A stretch of DNA of 55,565 bases, filler included, from Bipalium vagum (Eukaryota), in NCBI GenBank assembly GCA_037834085.1. It is 3 parts of 3 records of this genome, joined end to end, with 100 filler letters (N's around TTAATTAATTAA, not from the genome) between each part and the next. Parts side by side here need not be neighbours in the genome. Positions count along the whole stretch, not along the records: positions 38,662 to 55,565 come from JBBMKC010087152.1; 2 more parts are not named here. One strand, given 5' to 3'. A model generated the notes under the pieces. That model saw only the letters and a program-made list of their open reading frames with translations. It was not told the origin of the DNA and made no database searches. Of this stretch, positions 52,544 through 55,565 are shown piece by piece (positions within the stretch are counted from its first letter, which is position 1; every line of letters starts with the position of its first letter). A program made the translations under genes and the position numbers.

Positions 52544-55500
52544 ATGATGCTGTAAAACAAAACCGTAATATAATATAAGGTCACAAAAAATTGTTACAAC
52601 CAAATATTTAAAAATTTCTTTGCTGAATTGCTTTAAAATGAATTTTTGATTAAAATAGAGACTTAACATACATTTCGAAAGAAATCAATTTGCTAACTGT
52701 TTGTTCCTTATTGAAAATCCTTTATTTATGAATAAAATATCATAACTTTTATTAAGAAATACTAAAATTAGAAATATAGTGTTAACAAAATTAAAAAATA
52801 TTTTACATATTAAATTTTTTTTCGCTGCTCAAAGAAAAATAAAAATGGAATAAATTTAACTGAATATTCGATATTTTTCTTTTCGTTTATTTTTCTGAAA
52901 CTTTAAAGAAACTTTATTTTAATTTGACAGATACATACATATGGTTTCCCAAAATGGAACTTTAAACTATACTCAAAGTAAATATAATTGATTACTATTT
53001 TTGAAGACTTACATTAAGGAAAATATAAATAATTGTATTTAGAATAAATTATTATTTTTAAATTAAAAAAATCAATAAAATTTATTAAAATATAGATTTA
53101 TTTGAAATTCAAAATATTTTATTATTAATTAATTAACAGTTCAGAATATTGTCAGTATTATTTTGATTAGATATTAAAGCTGTTTTACTGCTTCATTGTT
53201 TCAATACTTTAGCGGATTAATAATAGATATTATTCTAAAGTTCTTTTATTGGAGTTTTTAATTTATTTAGTTTTATTTTTAATGTAATGTTTGCCATGTA
53301 GACTGAGAGATGAAAAAATTGTCGGTTTCGTTTATACTCTTATAGGAAAAAAATTTGTGATGTTGATTCATTTCTTAAAAATAGTACATCTCGGTGGTAA
53401 CTTCAACACTAAGTAAGACGTCTACCAGTCTCAAAGGACAAAAACGTCCAGGCCGATCATCAGTATTGAACAAGAAGGTACTGCATTTCAATGTGGAGTG
53501 ACATCTCTGTTCCAGCACTCGCAGACAAACGAACAAACTAGGTTCTTTAAAAAGCTATTATTTTTATACCCAAAGTGTAACTTTATATTCATTTCTCAGA
53601 CAACTCACTTAGTTATTACCATGCTCGTGAATCAAGATAACCAAAATATTCTTCATTCCTAAAAATCCTTAATGAATTAAAATAGTCGCAATAATCTTTA
53701 TTTTGTTCACTATTTAGTGTATCCAAGTTAAACCTAACTCCAACTCTTAAGTGGTACAAATAATAATAATCAGTAAATCAATAACTTGTATTTATACCAC
53801 ATAATCACAAAACACAATAATAATCAAAATAGGGGATCACAATTTTAATGTCTGAAATGTCTCACAAACTCTCGTCTCAAATAATAAAATTATTATTATT
53901 AAATAACCAAGTAAACAATAATATCACAATCTAAAATGAATCAAATATAATGTCTGAATTGAATAAAACTAAAAATAATTACTTTAAAGAAAACAAAGGA
54001 AAAATCTTACGACTTGTCTTCGGCTAAAACTCCGAGTTATCGTCTGAACCCTAACGGTTGCTCACCGAAAACCCGCTGATGGGGAATTTTAAGCATAGCC
54101 CCAGTGTTGTAATATACATTAAAATACTTAATGCACATGATGATCAATGGTCTTCTCCTTGTGTGACGAATATCTCCTGTAAGTCGAACAATGATTTTCT
54201 TTCGTAAATTGGACAATAATCTTCTTCCGTAATAATAATCTTCCTTCGTAATAACTATCTTCTTTATTAAGTCAAACAATAACTATAAACTTATTTCGCA
54301 CGTTTTCTGAGGGTGAAATTATGTTAAAATCTCTCTGCTTATATACTTTTCTGAGACTGATCTTCATCTGGAGATTATTCATGAAATAATCTCAAAATTA
54401 ATCTTAAAATTATAAACTTTAATTATTATTATTATTATTAAAATTTAAACCTTTTTTCGTGGTTTTCTGGGATATATTTTCCGGGTGGATGTCTTGGGCA
54501 AACCCAACAATTTAACCACAAAGCAAAAACACAATAGTAATGAACAAGTATTCGATCACAATAAAATAATGTCAAGATCACAAAATCAAATCAAAGTCAA
54601 GTAATGTTGTGAATCAACGAGGATTAAACTAATTACCGAAATAAAATAACGCAGAATAGAATCAAAATGTAAATAACTATCAAGTCTCAATAATTATTTA
54701 AGCAAAAGAAAAATAAACAATATTAAGTAATCTCATCAGAACGATCAAAAGGTTCCAGGGTTCTCCGCGAGTCCCTGTATGGTCGCCTAGGGATTTGCTA
54801 AATTCACGGGAACCTATGCATAATCATGCTGCTGCGTGCACATGGTAAAGAACTTACCGGTCACTTCTTTCGACGCTTCTCGGCAAAAAATATATACAAA
54901 ATACCTGCAGAAATTCGTATTTCAAATTCTTTTTTTTTCAACCTTATATTTTGTTTTTTATTTTAAATTTAGAAAATAAAATTAATAAAATATTTAAATT
55001 TAAATTAAATTTTCTTTTAAATTAAAGTCCAAATTAATAATTTTATTTAAATAATAACAAATAATTTTTTATTTTAAAAAGAAAATAAATTACCATTTAA
55101 TCTTCTATATTTTCCAGTAAAAATTGTTCTGTTTTATAAATTAAAAAAAATATTTGTATAAATCACAAATTAGAATAAAAAAATAATAATTTATATTTAA
55201 AAGAAAATAATAATTTGTTTTTCTATGAGAGAAAACCTGGAAAAATTGTTGCATTATCTTTGCTTTCTATAATAATTTATATAATATAATATAATAATAT
55301 ATTCTATAATAATATTCATAAAAAAATAAAAAGAATATTAATTAGTAATACTTTAGTTTACTTCTAATAGTTATTTCAATTCGTTCATGGTTTAATCAAA
55401 ATTTCAAGTATTAGGTTTCCAAAAGAGTAATTGCGGTTTATAACCATATACTTTAAGAAGTCATAACTTTTTTAAAATTCAATTTTGATAAACAAAATAA

Positions 55501-55565
55501 TTTCCATCAGAATCAACAATTTTTTGCCAATTATTAACAAGTTTATATATACCAGTACAATAAAA

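Noticed and set aside
1-55565. CRISPR arrays, rRNA, tRNA, prokaryotic operons or intact transposases
   Set aside because: No regularly spaced repeats or RNA-gene signatures were seen. The DNA is spliced and eukaryotic, and every transposase or pol found is interrupted by stops or frameshifts.

Overview
Very AT-rich eukaryotic (animal) genomic DNA. It resembles a planarian/flatworm genome in composition, ~45-nt introns, (AAT)n microsatellites and mariner load; this taxon call is inference. Three intact host genes are readable: a spliced cysteine dioxygenase (minus, ~2135-4338), a three-exon innexin (plus, 8579-12918) and an intronless clan-2 cytochrome P450 (minus, 48679-50208). The rest is mostly decayed transposons: many mariner (DD34D) copies, Tc1 (DD34E), a DD37E-like element, a hAT C-terminus and two Ty3/gypsy pol relics, plus two 100-nt scaffold gaps with an artificial TTAATTAATTAA linker. 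The most interesting signal is missed by the ORF track: a heavily eroded minus-strand frame at ~23500-24470. It carries, in the correct order, relics of the HUH endonuclease and SF3 helicase motifs of a CRESS-DNA-virus-type Rep, flanked by two more fossil ORFs, so it is a candidate endogenous ssDNA virus-like element. Also notable are a candidate 21-nt in-frame microexon in CDO next to the substrate-binding YTR motif, a near-perfect ~90-bp-arm foldback, and orphan exon-like islands of an unannotated gene. All calls were made by eye, with no database searches.
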